Shown one piece after another: positions 36,649 through 51,257 of a DNA stretch of 64,000 bases. The DNA is from Neoconidiobolus thromboides FSU 785. Its lineage: Eukaryota > Fungi > Entomophthoromycota. The translations under genes were made by a program, and so were the position numbers. The DNA lies in contig MU626259.1 of the NCBI GenBank assembly GCA_025603075.1, positions 124,001-188,000 on the forward strand. Direction: 5' to 3'. Each line of letters opens with the position of its first letter. The first letter of the stretch is position 1. The notes under the pieces were generated by a model. That model saw only the letters and a program-made list of their open reading frames with translations, was not told the origin of the DNA and searched no databases.

Positions 36649-38108
36649 ATGGATTTAGACCTCAATGAAGTGATTTTGAGTAGTAAGTCGAGTTATGAAA
36701 ATTTAAGTCCCGTTCCTGAATATCAAGAGGATGAGGGAAAAAAGAAGGTTATTAACGTTAAGGAAAAAGGAACTCAAACTATTGAGGCTCCAATCGAACA
36801 TGAAAATGGAATTAATATTCAAGAAGAAATGAATAATAACAATAATGAAACCAACGCTACATTTATCAATGATAATGGAAAAAAAGGTATGGATAATGAA
36901 GAAGAAATATCAGGTAATGTGAACAAAAAGATTAAGTTTATATTTCAAAAAAACAGTACGGCTTTAATTAAAGATGGACGTAAAGGGAATTTTGACATTG
37001 AAGAAGATCAACAAATATTTGAACGACTTTTACAAGCAGTACATAAAAATCGAAAATTTCATGTAAAAAAACCAGCAGTAGAACAACTTTTAGGTTATTT
37101 TAGAAGTTTAGGTAAAGATGTTAATTTAAAACAAATACGTAATAGAATTGATACTTGTATTCGATCTACTCGAAGGTTTCTTAGAAATTTTGCTAATATC
37201 AATAAGGAAAAAATGAGTAAGATTGGACTATATGTCCATTTTTTGGTAGTTCATTATTTACAATTTCATGATAAATCAAGTATTATTGTTAATGATAATT
37301 TAATACCTTATAATTATGAAGTTCAAGATAATTTTGAGAAGTTTGATAGAAATACATTTTTAACTTATTGTGAGCAAATTTGTTTAGGTAAAGAATTTAA
37401 ATTAATCCAATATTCTAGTAAAAATAATGCAGTTGCATTAGGAGAGCGCTATAGTACATTTCCACTAGAAGGAAGTGATACAAGTAGAAACAAGGAATCA
37501 GAATTCAATAGTAGTTTACTTTATCCAAACGATTCTAATAATATGTTACATAATCCAACAAATAGTAATTACCCTTCTGATAATACGAGTAATATGCTAA
37601 ATAATGTGACAAGTAATAATTTATTATCAGATGTAAATTGTAACGAAAATAATACTGTACTTAATTTACCCAATAATCATGTCAATAATGGATTAAATTT
37701 ATCTAATTTGTCAAATGTTGATGAGAATATAACAGTGAATAGTATTGATGAAAATATAACATTAAACAAAGTCAATGGAAATATAACATCGAGTAGTACT
37801 GATAATATAAATAAAGGTAAATATTATAAAATAAGTAAACATTTGATAGTTAATAATTACTAAAAAATTTAATAGAAAAAGTTGATTTAATGATTAAATT
37901 ACTTGAAGCACAAGAAAGGGTACTTGATAAAGCCATTCTATTAAAAGATAAAGAAATTAAATTAAGAAACTTACAATTAGTATTTGATGATAATAAAAAA
38001 GTAGGAGAAAATAATCATAATAATGAACAGCAATTAAATTTCATCTCCAATTTGTCCTTAAATTCAAGTATTAATTTAGCTGCATTAAATAAATTAAATG
38101 ATATTTAA
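36649..38108 (+). CDS. hypothetical protein with possible Myb/SANT-like (trihelix) domain and C-terminal coiled coil; intron 37817-37875
   Basis: NFDIEEDQQIF...AVEQLLGYFRSLGKDVNLKQIRNRIDT resembles SANT-like helices; 59-nt intron joins the two ORFs in frame. Confidence 0.6.
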
Positions 38109-38159
38109 ATCTTATAAGTTTGAGCTCTTTTTTAACTATTTATTATTTAATATAACTAT

Positions 38160-40519
38160 TTAAAGTCTGGAAAGGTCTCTACCAAATAAGATTCTCTTAC
38201 TCCAATCTAAAGATAATAACATTCGATTTCTTGCTGATACCTATTTAATAATGAATATTAATATTTTATAAATAAATAAAAAACTTACTTGTTCTGACCA
38301 ATAAATAGATCTCCAAAGGTACATAGCTGAAAATCCAGCTAAGATAACTTTAGGTTTAATTAATTGAAAATTAGTTGGACTATTAGTTTCCAATTCAGCT
38401 ACAGCCGAATTACCAATATAAGCTAAAGAGCCTAAATGTTTATAAGTAAACTTAGGATATTGATTAAGGTACTCAACAACTTTTCCTGTTTGTATATCTT
38501 TTAATGTATGATTATTATTATCCATTGTAATTGGTTGATTTCCATAAACTTGGTTATGTAGTGAATTCAATAATTTAGCTAAATATTTGCCTTGTTGATT
38601 AGCTACTTGTGCTGTTGCTGGTAATGAAGTCATCTTAGAATCAATATCTAAAATCATTTGTTGGACTTCACTTAAATCTAAAGAGTTAGAGTGATCAACA
38701 TCATATTTTTTAAACGCTGACAATAAATGTGGTATATAAGCAGAAGCTCTAGGAACTTCTTGAATCATCTGATGACACATTTCTTTAAATTCTTGAAAAT
38801 TTAAATAGCCATCCTTATTTTTATCCGCTGTTTCAAAATAATGCTTCATGCGTTCTAATATCTTTGGTATTTCTACTGAAGCACAATCTCCTAATGCAAA
38901 TATACTACCATCTTCTTTACCTTTCACTCTTAATGTACCATCTACGGTAAGTGCACGTGATCTCGTTTGTTCTTCAATTTGTTTCTTGATTTTTTCTACC
39001 AAAGTTCGTACTGCTATCCCAGTGGACCATAATACTAAACCATAAGGTATTTCATAAGTTTCAACTTCTCCCTTATCATTTTTTAAAGTATAAACAACAC
39101 TATCCTCTTTTAATTCTTTTACTCTAGCGTTAGTAATAATATTAATATTACGATCCTTAAATCTTTTCTGTTTTTTAAAATTTAATTTGATTTAATTTAA
39201 TTTAATTTAATTTTAGTATCATTATTATTATTTACCTCTGTATATTTAGATATCTGTTCATCATACGTATTCAATATATGTTCTCTTGATTGTATAATAT
39301 GAATCGACACGTCTTCGGCTAAGAATGGGAACTAAAATAAAAAATAAGATGATATATATTCTGATTGGAATTAAACTTACATAAGATGCTAAGTCAGTAA
39401 TAAGCAGGTCTTCTAATTCAGCAGCAAATTCAACACCTATAACAATATTAACAAAACTATACCAAATTTAATAATAATCTACCTGTTGGACCTAAAAAAG
39501 TATATTAATTTCAATTAACTGATTAAATAAACTTAATTTTACCTCCTCCACAAACTACAAAACTCAACAATTTTTTACGTTCTTCTTTATCAATATTAGG
39601 CAACGATGCTTTCTCCAAATTATTCAATAATGTCGTTCTAATTTTTCTAGCATCTGTAATATCATGTAAAAAGTGGGCATGTTCTAATCCCTGAATACCA
39701 AATGTAATTGACTTTGAACCAACGGCAACTACTAAATGATCATAAGGTACATAAAATGGTTCATTTTGATCATTTTGAACCAAAACTCGATTATTTTCGA
39801 TATCTACTTCCATTCCAAGACCTTGAAAATAATGCCCACAATCACCAAATCTTCTTAATATTTTTCTTATTGGTTCAATTAAAGATCTGGGTTCAACAGT
39901 ACCAACAGTGACAGAGGGTAATAATGGTGTAAATTGAAAGTAATTAGAGGGAGATATTACAAGTACTTCATATTTATCTACATCCAATTGTTTTAATAAA
40001 CCAACAGACTATAAAAAATTTAAAAACAATTAAAAATAAATATAAAAGTTAATTACCCCCCATCCACTACCTAAAATAACTAATTTTGGTTTTTCATTTT
40101 TAGGCCATACTGCAGTAGGTATCGCTTCCCCTTCCTTTCGATCAATATCAAATTTATGTAATTCTAATCAAAAAATACTTGATTTTAGTTAAATTTATTA
40201 ACTTTTAATTTAATTTACTATGATCTTGAAGCGTTCTCTTATGCTTCAAATCTTCAAAATATTCGTTAATAACAACATAACTACCACTAGCAATAAACAG
40301 GACAACTAATGCTTTAAATAAAATGCGTGATGTTCGATAAATTCGATATCCTGTAGTACGTGGTGGATATAATTTGACCCCTTCTACTTCAACGATTGGG
40401 ACTTGTTTTTTTCCATTAAAAAAAGACCATTTTTTATTAGTTAGGTTGGTCGTACTCCTAGTAACTTGCTTGTTCAATTGACTTCTTTTTACAACGCTTA
40501 ATAGCTGTTTGGTAAACAT
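38160..40519 (-). CDS. mitochondrial type II (alternative, external) NAD(P)H dehydrogenase with EF-hand insertion, multi-exon
   Basis: Targeting peptide; ILGSGW; YFQFTPLLPSVTVGT; VVCGGGPTGVEFAAE; ALGDCA; TAQVANQQGKYLA; EF loops DKNKDGYLNFQE and DVDHSNSLDLSE; last exon ...LFGRDLSRL*. Confidence 0.92.
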
Positions 40520-41585
40520 TTTAATATGTCCTAAAGTTGTTTAAAAATCGAGGGTTTGTATTTGTATTTGTATTTTATAACTTCGATGCGTGACATCACT
40601 TTTTGCTTTCGTTTTTATTGAATCATTACTAATTTGATTTGTTATTTTTATATACTTTTGATTTCATTATTAGACTGAGATTGAAATAATTACAAATTTA
40701 GATGTTTATTACTATTGGATCGTTAATTGTTACATCTCAGTACATTGTTCATTTAAATTTGTTGCTATTTCTTTGCCTGAGTTTAGGAGTTATATATAAT
40801 CCTATATTTTTAAATTCAGGTAAAAAAATCACCCCCAAATCTAAATGAATAGTGTACTGAGATATAACAATTAACGACTTAATAATATAAGTCAAATAAT
40901 ATTCCTTTTTATTTCAAAAAAACAAGCAATTTTGGAATCTAGATATGATTCTATTTTAGTTAATAAAATCAATCTTTAGCTAAAAAATTGCCTAATTTAC
41001 AATCAGCTTTTGTATCATAAAAGTTAGAGAATAAATAATAAGATTAAAATGGTAATATTTTGACTTACTCAAATTTTACTTTATATTGCTGTTTAATTAT
41101 ACATTATATTTTGTACCAGTCAGTTAAAGAAATTTGAATTTGGCTACTAAACTATTTCTAATAGTTGATTAAAATCTCTTCTCTTTTTCTTATTATTCCT
41201 TTTCTCAGTTAATAGTTCAAAAATTAAAAAATTCTCTGTTAAATTGTCAAAAAAAACAGGGCTCAATAGAAAATAATTGAAACAAGATCATCAACCACTT
41301 GAGTATTGTGGAGGTACGTTGTTTATCCAATTTTATTGATTTAAATTTCATTTAAATTGATATTACATACATGGTTGAATCAACTACCTGATTGAATATT
41401 GAGATTTAAAAAAAGGCAACTAATTGACATTTAATTCGAGTAGAAGTTCCATCCAATCCGAGCCAGTTTTAGGAGATATTTGGTACTTAATGGGTTAAAA
41501 AAAAGATTTAATTTTTCAACTATGATATTAAAAATTAGAGTATTTTTTTCAACTTTAAATAGTTTCTTTTCAATATTTTCAAATT

Positions 41586-42928
41586 ATGACTTCCACTCGA
41601 TTAACTCGGTCGCGAAGAAAAGCAATAGAAAAAGGATTAGAACCAGAAAGTAGCCTTGGACAGTTGTCCTCACCTAGTAGAACTGTCAATACAACTTTAC
41701 CTTCAAATGCATTAATTCTAAAACAAAAAAGTAAAGATAGGGAATCCAGTGAAGATTTAAGTGGCTTTGAAAAAAGTTTATTGGATATTAAAAGACAAAG
41801 TAATAATATGGTACAAGTTGGAGAAATGATGGAGTTGAATTCTAAAAAGAAAAAAGAGCCGATAAGATACTCAGAAGAAGAAGAAAGAATGAGTAGTAAT
41901 TCAAAGGTCAAAAGATCAAGGATGGAAGAAGAAAAAGAAGATGAAGGTAAACATTGATAAAAATCATCAAAATAAAATAAATTAATAATAATAAATTAAT
42001 ATCAAAAGACCATTTTACATGGGAAGAGGGCTCTGTATCGACAATTTATGAAGCTGATAATAATCAGATTAATCAAATTGAAAAAAGAAAAGAATATATA
42101 GAAGAAGAAAAGAGTTGTATTTCTAATGAAAGAGATCCATCTCAATTAGAAAGAACTCCATTAATGTTAAGAAAACAAAATAGTTATTTTAAAAATTGGA
42201 AATTTGAAAAGAAAGAGGAGTTTTATTTATGGAAAAAAATGATTAAATGCTGTGGTTTATTTGGAAGGTAAGAGAGATATTAAGGAAGTGTCTTTTTTTA
42301 CTTAATGGATGAAATGGATAGCATTAAGTATAAGTATAATAATGAAATTGTTTCTTATTAGGGAATATCGCTTGTTTTTTAAATATCATTATTGGCCAAG
42401 GAAAAAAGAGAACTTTAAATCAAGAATCAATGTAGGAATGGAAAAAAGGTAAGTACTAAGAAATAATATTTCATTTGTTTCTTATTACATTGAAGAGAAG
42501 ATTATCAATTAAATTTTTTTATTGATTTGATTTCCATTAGAAACTTAAGTTTATTTGCTGATGATATGCTATCTCCTACTGAAGAGAAACAATTAATGTT
42601 GGAAAATAATCAGTACTGGATAGCCAATTTGAATAATGAAAATCGTATCACAGAAAGTGATAAGAATGATCAATTTGAAACACCTATTAAATTAGCTTAT
42701 CAAGAAAACACTTGTCATTCCATTGGTCAACAAAATCTTATTAAAAAAATTCAAGGATTAATAGTGAAATTACTGTTAGTAAAGAAACCAACAATCACGC
42801 CAAATGAAATGAATGTTATAGTGAAAAAAATTAGTACTAAAATTCAGTGTAAAGTTGTAGGTTTATTGAATTTAATGTTAGATGGAAAAGTAAGTAAGCT
42901 GGATGCTTTTAAAGGTTATAGGAGGTAA
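41586..42928 (+). CDS. hypothetical basic/acidic (probably nuclear) protein, multi-exon
   Basis: GT-AG introns link ORFs 41586 and 42527 through exons DHFTWEEG..CGLFGR and EYRLFFKYHYWP; no family recognised. Confidence 0.55.
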
Positions 42929-43275
42929 TAAGTTGAAACTGAATTTATTGCTTTTGTTTCGATGTTAATCATATATTAACGGAATGTTGTTTTTGTTTAG
43001 TTTTATAAAGTTAATTGATCATATGGATGCTAATGGATTATTAATATTAAGTCAAAAAGTTGGTTTTAAAAAAAAGTAAATTTATTTAAATTCTATATTA
43101 TAATAGAAAATTAATTAGTACCTTATATAGACTTATTAATAAAGTTCAACAAAAATTATTAAAAATAGAAAGTAAAATAAAAAATGATATTAATTTATAA
43201 AAATAAAGTAATAATAATACTCAATTTATTAATATTCAATATAAAATAATAAAATTTCATCTTTTTTCAAATGAT

Positions 43276-46200
43276 TTAATTTTTACCAAATTTCTCTTTT
43301 AATGAACCTAATAAATTTTTAGGTTTAAGATTAGCAATTGAATTTCTTTTCAATCTTCTATTTGATTTATCCGATTCTTCTTCATTTATACTATCTTCGT
43401 TAGGTGGTTCAAACATTTCTTGAGACAAAACTGGGTTAACATTTGTTGGAGAATTGTGAGAATTGCTAGTATTAAGTCCACTATTATCACCAGGTAAATT
43501 TAATTCTAACTTTAATCTTAATTGACCAACCCCACCATTTCTCAATTCACCTGGATTGGTTAAAAATTCCACTACATTTTCTTGATCATTTTTAAAATGA
43601 TCCCATATATTCAATGTATAACTGCCTAATTCTACATTTTCTTTTAAAAAATTGTAATCCTTAATAATTAAATTTAATTGAGTTAATTCACCCGGATAAA
43701 TTGATTGAATAATAAAACTTTCATCCCAATGTGGATTGCGTGTCTTTTTTAATACTTTAGTTTTATATATTAATTTCTTTTCTTTCATCACTTTAATATA
43801 TGGATCTGAATATCCATTACGATCTGCTGCTATTAAATCTTTACCATCTAATAACGTAATTTTAACTGAATATCCTGATTCATTATTACCTTGTCTAGAA
43901 GGTGAGCGAGATGAAGATAAGCCAAAGGAACCTGAATGAGTTGATGAAATTGAATGAGTTGATGAGTTAAATCCTGATTTAATTTTATTTAATGGACTTG
44001 TTGAATTATTGTTAGAATCTGTTAATGTAACTGTTGGTGGCGATGTAGTATTACTATTATTATGGTGATCATCATGATGTATTGTATCTTTAATACTATT
44101 AAATATTCCTTTAGCTATATTTTTACTACCTGATGCTAACTTAAGCGGGGCTGATAATACTGTTTTAGCTCCTTGTATTGCTACTTTACCTGTGCCATTA
44201 GCTAAATGAGCTGCTCCACCTAATGCTAAGGATAATCCGCCTGTAGCTACTTTAAAGCCACCTTTAGCTAATCCACCCACTAAATCGACTGGATTGCCAG
44301 ATAAAGCAGCAGCTAATAGACTTGGATTAACATCTCTTAAAACATAAAAAGGCGCAAAAAATAATTCTAATGTAATCGAACCATGTTTTGTATTTTCTAA
44401 TTGTAAAGTAACTTCATCTTTAATTTCAGCTTCAATTTGTTTTAATTCCAAATTAATTGATCCTAATGAAGAATGAGATTGTATCTGATTCCAATCAAAT
44501 ACTTCAATAGCTAATATTGATTTAATTCGATCGGTTACTTCAATATTAAATAATTCATCAAATGTTGGATTTAAGTTATTCTTTTTTGTTTTTGTACGTA
44601 ATTTCTTATTTCCGTTTAAAGATAAGGATACATATGGATCAGATGATCCGTCTTTATCAGCTGATACTAAATCTGCTGCTTTAATTACTCTAACTTGTAA
44701 AATACCCATATTACGAGAAGATTCAGATTCATCAATTATATAATTGGAGGGTATAAATTCAAAACTTAATTTAATTTGACCTGGACAATCTAAATTATAC
44801 CAAAATGTATTCTTATCTTCATTATTCTTATCATTGTTAAATTGATTGTTTTTAATTGATTCTAATATATCTTTAATCCTTCCATTCCAACTAGCAATTG
44901 TTTTGTCTTCATTTTCTTTTGATTGTTTGATTTCTACGTTTAACATATCTACTTGAGTTTCTTTAACAAATCCTTCTCCACTTTCCCCCCAACTTTGATT
45001 TAAATTGCTTTTTTTAACTAAAGTACGTAAAATCGGAGATCGGAAATTACCATTTAAAGTAATTAGCCCATAAATTTTAGTTTTACTTTGTAGATCTTTG
45101 ACTTCATGTAATTTAACTTTAATTATACCTGAGCTATAATTTAAATAATTATTATCTTCACTATTTTTATTGCTCATTACAATTGTATTAGTTGTGCTAA
45201 TCATTTCGTTGCTTTGATTATTGGCTTCTAGTTGATTTAAACTATTATTATTATTATTAATTGCTCCTTGATCAACCGTATTTGAACGTGTTGGTGCTGG
45301 TGAATCATATTGTTGATTGATGTTGTTTGAAATTGATGGAAGTGCTGAATTAGATTGCTGATCTACTGAAGTTGAATTTGAATGTTGTATTGAATTGGTT
45401 GGTTCATTAATAGTATTTGTGTGGGAAGTTTGTACTGAAATAGATTGTTGATCAATAGTAGATTTTTCCATACTAGTGTCTTTACGTGATGATTTCTTTG
45501 ATGCTTTATCTACTTTTGGCTGCAAAAATTGTTGAGGCAATGAAAAATATTGCACCATTAATTCAATTGAACCATCGTTTTTGCTATCTTTTTTATTAAT
45601 AACTGTATGCCATCTAATATAAAATATTATCAATATTAATATCAATTTTTATAATATAAACTTACTTCGATATTAATTCTCCATCTTCAAAACCAATCAA
45701 GTTGTCATATTGATTACCAATAAAGTCTTTAATTGGTAATTCAACATAACCATATGATTTATTTTCTTTTAATGCAGAAGAACCTTTAATTTCTAAACGT
45801 AATATTTCTTTAATCTGATGAATTGGTATATAAAATACTTCATCCCAATATGGATTAGGTGATGCTTCCTTCTTTTCACTTGTTCCCCATATTTTGTTAT
45901 TCATTTTTAATTCAATCAATTGTGTATTTTTAGTAGCACTTTCTTTACATTTTAAATCTTTAGCTCTTATTATTTTAACTCTTAAAAATCCAATTGCTGG
46001 TGGTAAATTACCATGACTTGTTGCATCCATTAATATTGAGGACCATTTAGCATCTAATTTAATCTTAACTAGTGATTTTTCTTTATCGTTATTTTTATTA
46101 AATTCAAACCATCCATCTTCTTTATTCTAAATAAAAATAAAAATAAATATAATAATAATAATATAATGAATGTTAAAATTAGTAAATATAATAATAACGT

Positions 46201-48333
46201 AACAAATATTAAACTTACAATTTCATCTAAAAATTGATTCATATTAAAGTGTAATTGGCCAATCATGTGATTAGAAGATAATAGCTCAAGCGTAACAACT
46301 TTAGTATTAATATCATCAATAAATTGATCAGTAAATGACTCAATAACGATTAAATTCATTATATCATAAGATTTTGTTTGGTAAATAGAATATCCGTTAA
46401 TTTTTACATTAACCGTTACTTTACTTTTACCTCCACCTACTACTGGTACTGACGATAATAATTTTCGTTGTTTTTCTAATCCTTGTATTTGTCGAATTAT
46501 TATTTTCATTACGCCTGAATCTAATTAAACAATATTATTAATATTAATATTTATCATAAATGATATAATAATAACAAATATAACAATAATATACTTACTT
46601 GATTGAATAATTTCTTCAGTACCATCTTCTAATTTAATTGCTTCAACAACTGGATAATAAGATAATTTATAAGTCAAATCTCCTCTAATTTTACCATTAC
46701 GTATAATTTTATCACAATTATTTTGATTATTCTCATTTAATAAAGTAGACAAATCGAATTGAGTTAAACCTAATACTCGATCTTTTTTAACATCATTTTC
46801 ATCTTTAATTATCATATTTAATTTTTCATTTAATGAATAAATTAATATATCAAATGTTTGATCCCATACTGGATTAGTTGTATTTTGTATTGTTTTTGTT
46901 TTAAATAATTCTTTACGGTCTTCAATATTAATTGAAACAAATGGATCAATTATTCCAATCAATTCAACATTTTTTAATCCTGTGGCATTGTTAATCGTCA
47001 ATTTTAATACACCAATTGGTAAATCATTTTCTAAGCTACTTCCCATCATTTCTTCAATATTCAATAAATAAGATTGTGGTGCTAATATAATACTTTCAAT
47101 AATTTGTTTAATTAATCGATTAAATAAAGGTTTAAAAAATGGTATGTTTGTTAAATCTATATTGAATATTGGTCTAAATTTAAAATCAATATCAGGCAAT
47201 TCTAATAATGAAACATGGGCACTTTTAATATGAGGGAAATTATTCATTAATTTTAGTTTAATTCTTAATTTACTATTAAAATGCATTTCATTTAGTATGA
47301 TTGGTAATTTAAATGTCATACCAAATAAATTCAATTCAATTTCCAATTGAATATTACTATTAATTTTAATTAGATTACTTTCTTCAAATGAATCATTACT
47401 TTTGAATTTCTTTTCATAAAATGAGTTGGGTGTAAATGATAAATGCCAATCCATAATAATGATATCACTTTGATTACTTGGATAATATTTGATTCCCTTT
47501 AAAATTGGTGGTTTGTTACCTAAATAACAATAATAATAGTATTAATATATTATATATATTTGTATTCTAATAATGATATAATGCAATAATTACCTAATGT
47601 AAACGTAGTAAACTTTACTTTCTTAATAATAGGAACCGAAGCCAAATATGGTTCTACCGTTGCTTCAATATTATCTACTAATTGTTTACATAATTTGGGT
47701 TCAAATTGAAACCAAAATCCAGATAATAATCTATTAATCCATAATACAGATTCAATATCATTTTCTAACTAAATTTATATTAAAAATAAATATTACTACA
47801 CTAAATTTTATATAATTAAACTTACGTTAGGTATCATTAATTTCTCTTGAATCTTAACGATCTTTCTTTTATAAGTCTCAGTAATGGATTTATCAAAGAA
47901 TTTAGCTATAAAATAATTGAATATCTTTATCAAATAATCATGTTAAAATAAATTTACACAAAATGTAGGCTAAAACTAAACTAAAAACAAACGGAATACC
48001 GATAAGATAAAACAAATAAACAATAAGCTGAATTACAGCTATTAATGCAACATTGAATTCAGTAGTGCCTAAATAAGGTTCTACCATTTTTTCAACTATC
48101 TCAATATAACTTGGACTTGATACTTGTGGTACTTGTTGCTGTTCTTGTCCTTGTACTTGTGATTGATCTTGTAATGACTGTTGTTGTTGTACTTCATCTC
48201 CGTTACCTCTAAAAGTACCATAACCAACAGTATCTTTACTTACTTGGTTGTCTTGACTATGACTTGGGCTATTAGTCTTTAGAACTTGATTTTCACCAAT
48301 TGGTTCTAAAGGTTGATTGTTACTTGCTATCAT
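43276..48333 (-). CDS. tricalbin / extended synaptotagmin (hairpin TM, SMP, multiple C2 domains), multi-exon
   Basis: ESVLWINRLLSGFWFQFEP SMP start; LMNNFPHIK; C2 domains IIDPFV, ADKDGSSDPYV, ADRNGYSDPYI. Confidence 0.92.
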
Positions 48334-49255
48334 ATTTATTAAAGAAGTATAAAAAAGTCAATTTTGTTTCTTAGTAAGTAATATTTATATTAAAATTTTA
48401 TATAAAAAAATTCCAAACTTTTTTACCTCATTTCTGTTTTATTCTTAAATTATTCTTTTATTTTTCTATTTTTTCAACCGAAGTTTAATTTGTTAATCAC
48501 TTCAACTTTCGTAATTGATTGGTAATATTCAATTGAATTATTTTGGTTTCAAATGATTTTAGAATGATGGCAATCATGTTACGTGGTTTTTAGTTTAAGT
48601 TCTATCAAGTCTACTTTATTAAAATAGAAGATCAATAACAAATGTTTCCAAATAAAAATGTAGTTAAAAAAATAAACGTTAGTTTACATCTTATAAACAA
48701 TATTAACAAATGCATTTTTATGAATAAAGTAAGACAGTCCTTTTTATAATTTGGTTTCAATCTATTATGAATCATTTTAAGCCTTTTATTATCAAACAAA
48801 TCCTTAATATCTGGAATCGAATTACGTCATGGTAGCCTTAAAACTTTATTTTTTTTAAAATTCATTCTTGAATTATGAGATTTTCTATTTGCCAATATTC
48901 AATTCAATTTCCAATCCCTTATTTAAAAAATAAATAACAGTAACATTACCATATTCTAATAAATATCAAGATAAAAGAATAACTTATATAAAGTTACAAG
49001 TTATTCAATTTCAAATTTTATTTAATATTGTTTTTCAAGTGATAATTGAGCTAAAGATTAAAAGATTTATTTAAAGGTGTTAATAAGTTTTGATATAAAC
49101 GGTTAATTGCCAAGAGCACCAATATCATTCACTTGATTCATATATTTTATCAAAAAAGATCTATGTCCGATAAATAAGCTACATTTATTTATTTAGAAAG
49201 TTTAAAACCTTTTTATATAGAAGAAACAAATACCAAGAAAACTAATAACATCTAC

Positions 49256-50208
49256 TTATTTTCCATGAATATAACTAGAGATTATATCAGGGCCCAATTG
49301 ACAATAAGAATTACCGTTATTTAATTTTATATTATTTAATCCCTAAAAATGATTAAAAACTTTATCCTAAGTAAAGAAACTGCTAAAACTTACTTGTTGA
49401 TTTTCTAAGATATAAGAAGTACCATTACTACCAACAATTATAGGACAAATAGTTACAATTAAGTGATGAATCAAATTAAAATTAGACAATAAATTAAAGA
49501 TGATCTTAGAACCTCCTTCTACCATTATGGAATTAATATTATATAATTTAAGTTGTTCAAAAACTTCTTTTAAATCAACTTTTCCATCTATTAAGTTAGT
49601 ACTAATAAGTTGAATATTTAAGTTTTCTAATTCCTAGTTAACAATAATGTATTAAAAATTATCAATGTCATTGATTTATTTACCCTAATCTTTTTCAATT
49701 TATTCTCAGTTAATTCTCCTCCAAATACTATAATAGGTTTTATTTCATTTTTCATCAAATTACAATTTAATGGAATCTGTAAATCTCGATCAATAACGAT
49801 TGGCCTTGGTTGTTTATAACCTTGATTTAATAAATTAGTTTCCCTAACTTTGAACCGTTAGTAATTATTGAATTATCCTCCTATTTCTTCCGTCATTACC
49901 TGTAAGTCTTGGATTGTCCGATAACACGGTACCAATGCCTACCATAATACCTTCATTTTGACATCTCAAACTAACGGATTAGAGGTTGTATTATATTTTG
50001 TTAATTAGCATGAGTTTAATAGGAATTACTATTGAGTCATGAACATGGACTCTTTTGAACTTAATAATATAGGTTGTTTATCTTTATTAGATATTTTGGC
50101 ATCGATACTTTGTGCAAAAGTCAAAGTGATCCTTGGTAAACTATCGTCTGCCTTTGAACTACTGCTCACATATTGATCATTAATAAAATTGACTGCTTTT
50201 TCTTCCAT
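49256..50208 (-). CDS. RIB7: 2,5-diamino-6-ribosylamino-4(3H)-pyrimidinone 5'-phosphate reductase (RibD C-terminal type), multi-exon
   Basis: ITLTFAQSIDAKI, SKESMFMT, GIMVGIGTV..DNPRL, QPRPIVID, SIMVEGG, YCQLGPDII. Confidence 0.88.
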
Positions 50209-50337
50209 GTTCAAAAAATAAACAAACTGATTAAACTTTATTTTAAAAAGGATTTTTTTACTCAAAGCTAATTCACTAAGTTTTGTCATCTTTTTATAAT
50301 TGTCAATAATTTTAACTTGATCTTTTTTTATTGAAAA

Positions 50338-51257
50338 ATGCAAGACTTTGAAGTATTACTAAAGCAAGAAATTTATAATGAAATAGAAGCCAGTGAAGAC
50401 ATAAAACTCTTGCAATATAAAGAAAAATTTCCATTAGATAAAATAAAACATTGGTTATTAACTGATCTGTTTCTATTTATCCAAAATGGACAAGCCTATT
50501 TTAATAATAAAATTTTATCCTTATTACAACAAATTCAATTAGGTAATTTATTCAACTAATCCTTCAGCCATATACTTAACTTGTACTAGATAGTGATAGT
50601 GAATACTTATTAACTCATCAAAACCTACAAATTTCAACAAAAAGAATCCGAAATCGACGCTATGAATATATGACCCAAGTATTGATAAATAAAGATTATT
50701 TTAGTGAAAGAGAAATTATTAAAAGGGAGCCAGATTTATTTTATTATTATTTACCAAATTATAAAATTAAGTTTCAAAATGAACCTAAATTATCCGAAAG
50801 ATTAATAATGAATTGGGAGCAAGATATTATCAATCAAAAGATAGATGAGGCTAAAAGTAGACAAGAAGACCAATGGGAGGAAGAGGAAGAAGAGGAAGAA
50901 GAAGAGGGAGAAGAAGGAGTAATAGAAGAAAAGAAAGAAGAAAAGGAAAATATAGAGGAAGGCTTAGATGGCGAATTGACAGAAGAAGGTACTTAAATTA
51001 ATAGTTAATATGATATAACAATAATTGGAATATTAACAAACATTAGAATTTGAGTTGAGGAAAGAAGAATTAATTAAAGTAATGAAAGAAAGGTTCATTG
51101 GTGGTTTAGACAAAACATTTGATTATAATAAAATTGATCAAGATGAGGTAAATTATTATGTTAGCATTTAATATTTATTTATTTATATTTCTAGTCTTTA
51201 GATAGGTTAGATATAATTGGAAATGATTGCGAAGATAGCTATTTTGATTCGGAATAA
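50338..51257 (+). CDS. CCDC97: CCDC97 / DUF2052-family protein, multi-exon
   Basis: YFSEREIIKREPDLFYYYL, Glu-rich tract, ERFIGGLDKTFDYNKID, EDSYFDSE*. Confidence 0.78.

Noticed and set aside
2965-43939. Short antisense or off-frame ORFs (e.g. 2965-3174, 3545-3976, 16756-16974, 17546-17839, 28932-29192, 41579-41911, 43736-43939)
   Set aside because: Shadows of real genes or of AT-rich low-complexity DNA; no motifs.
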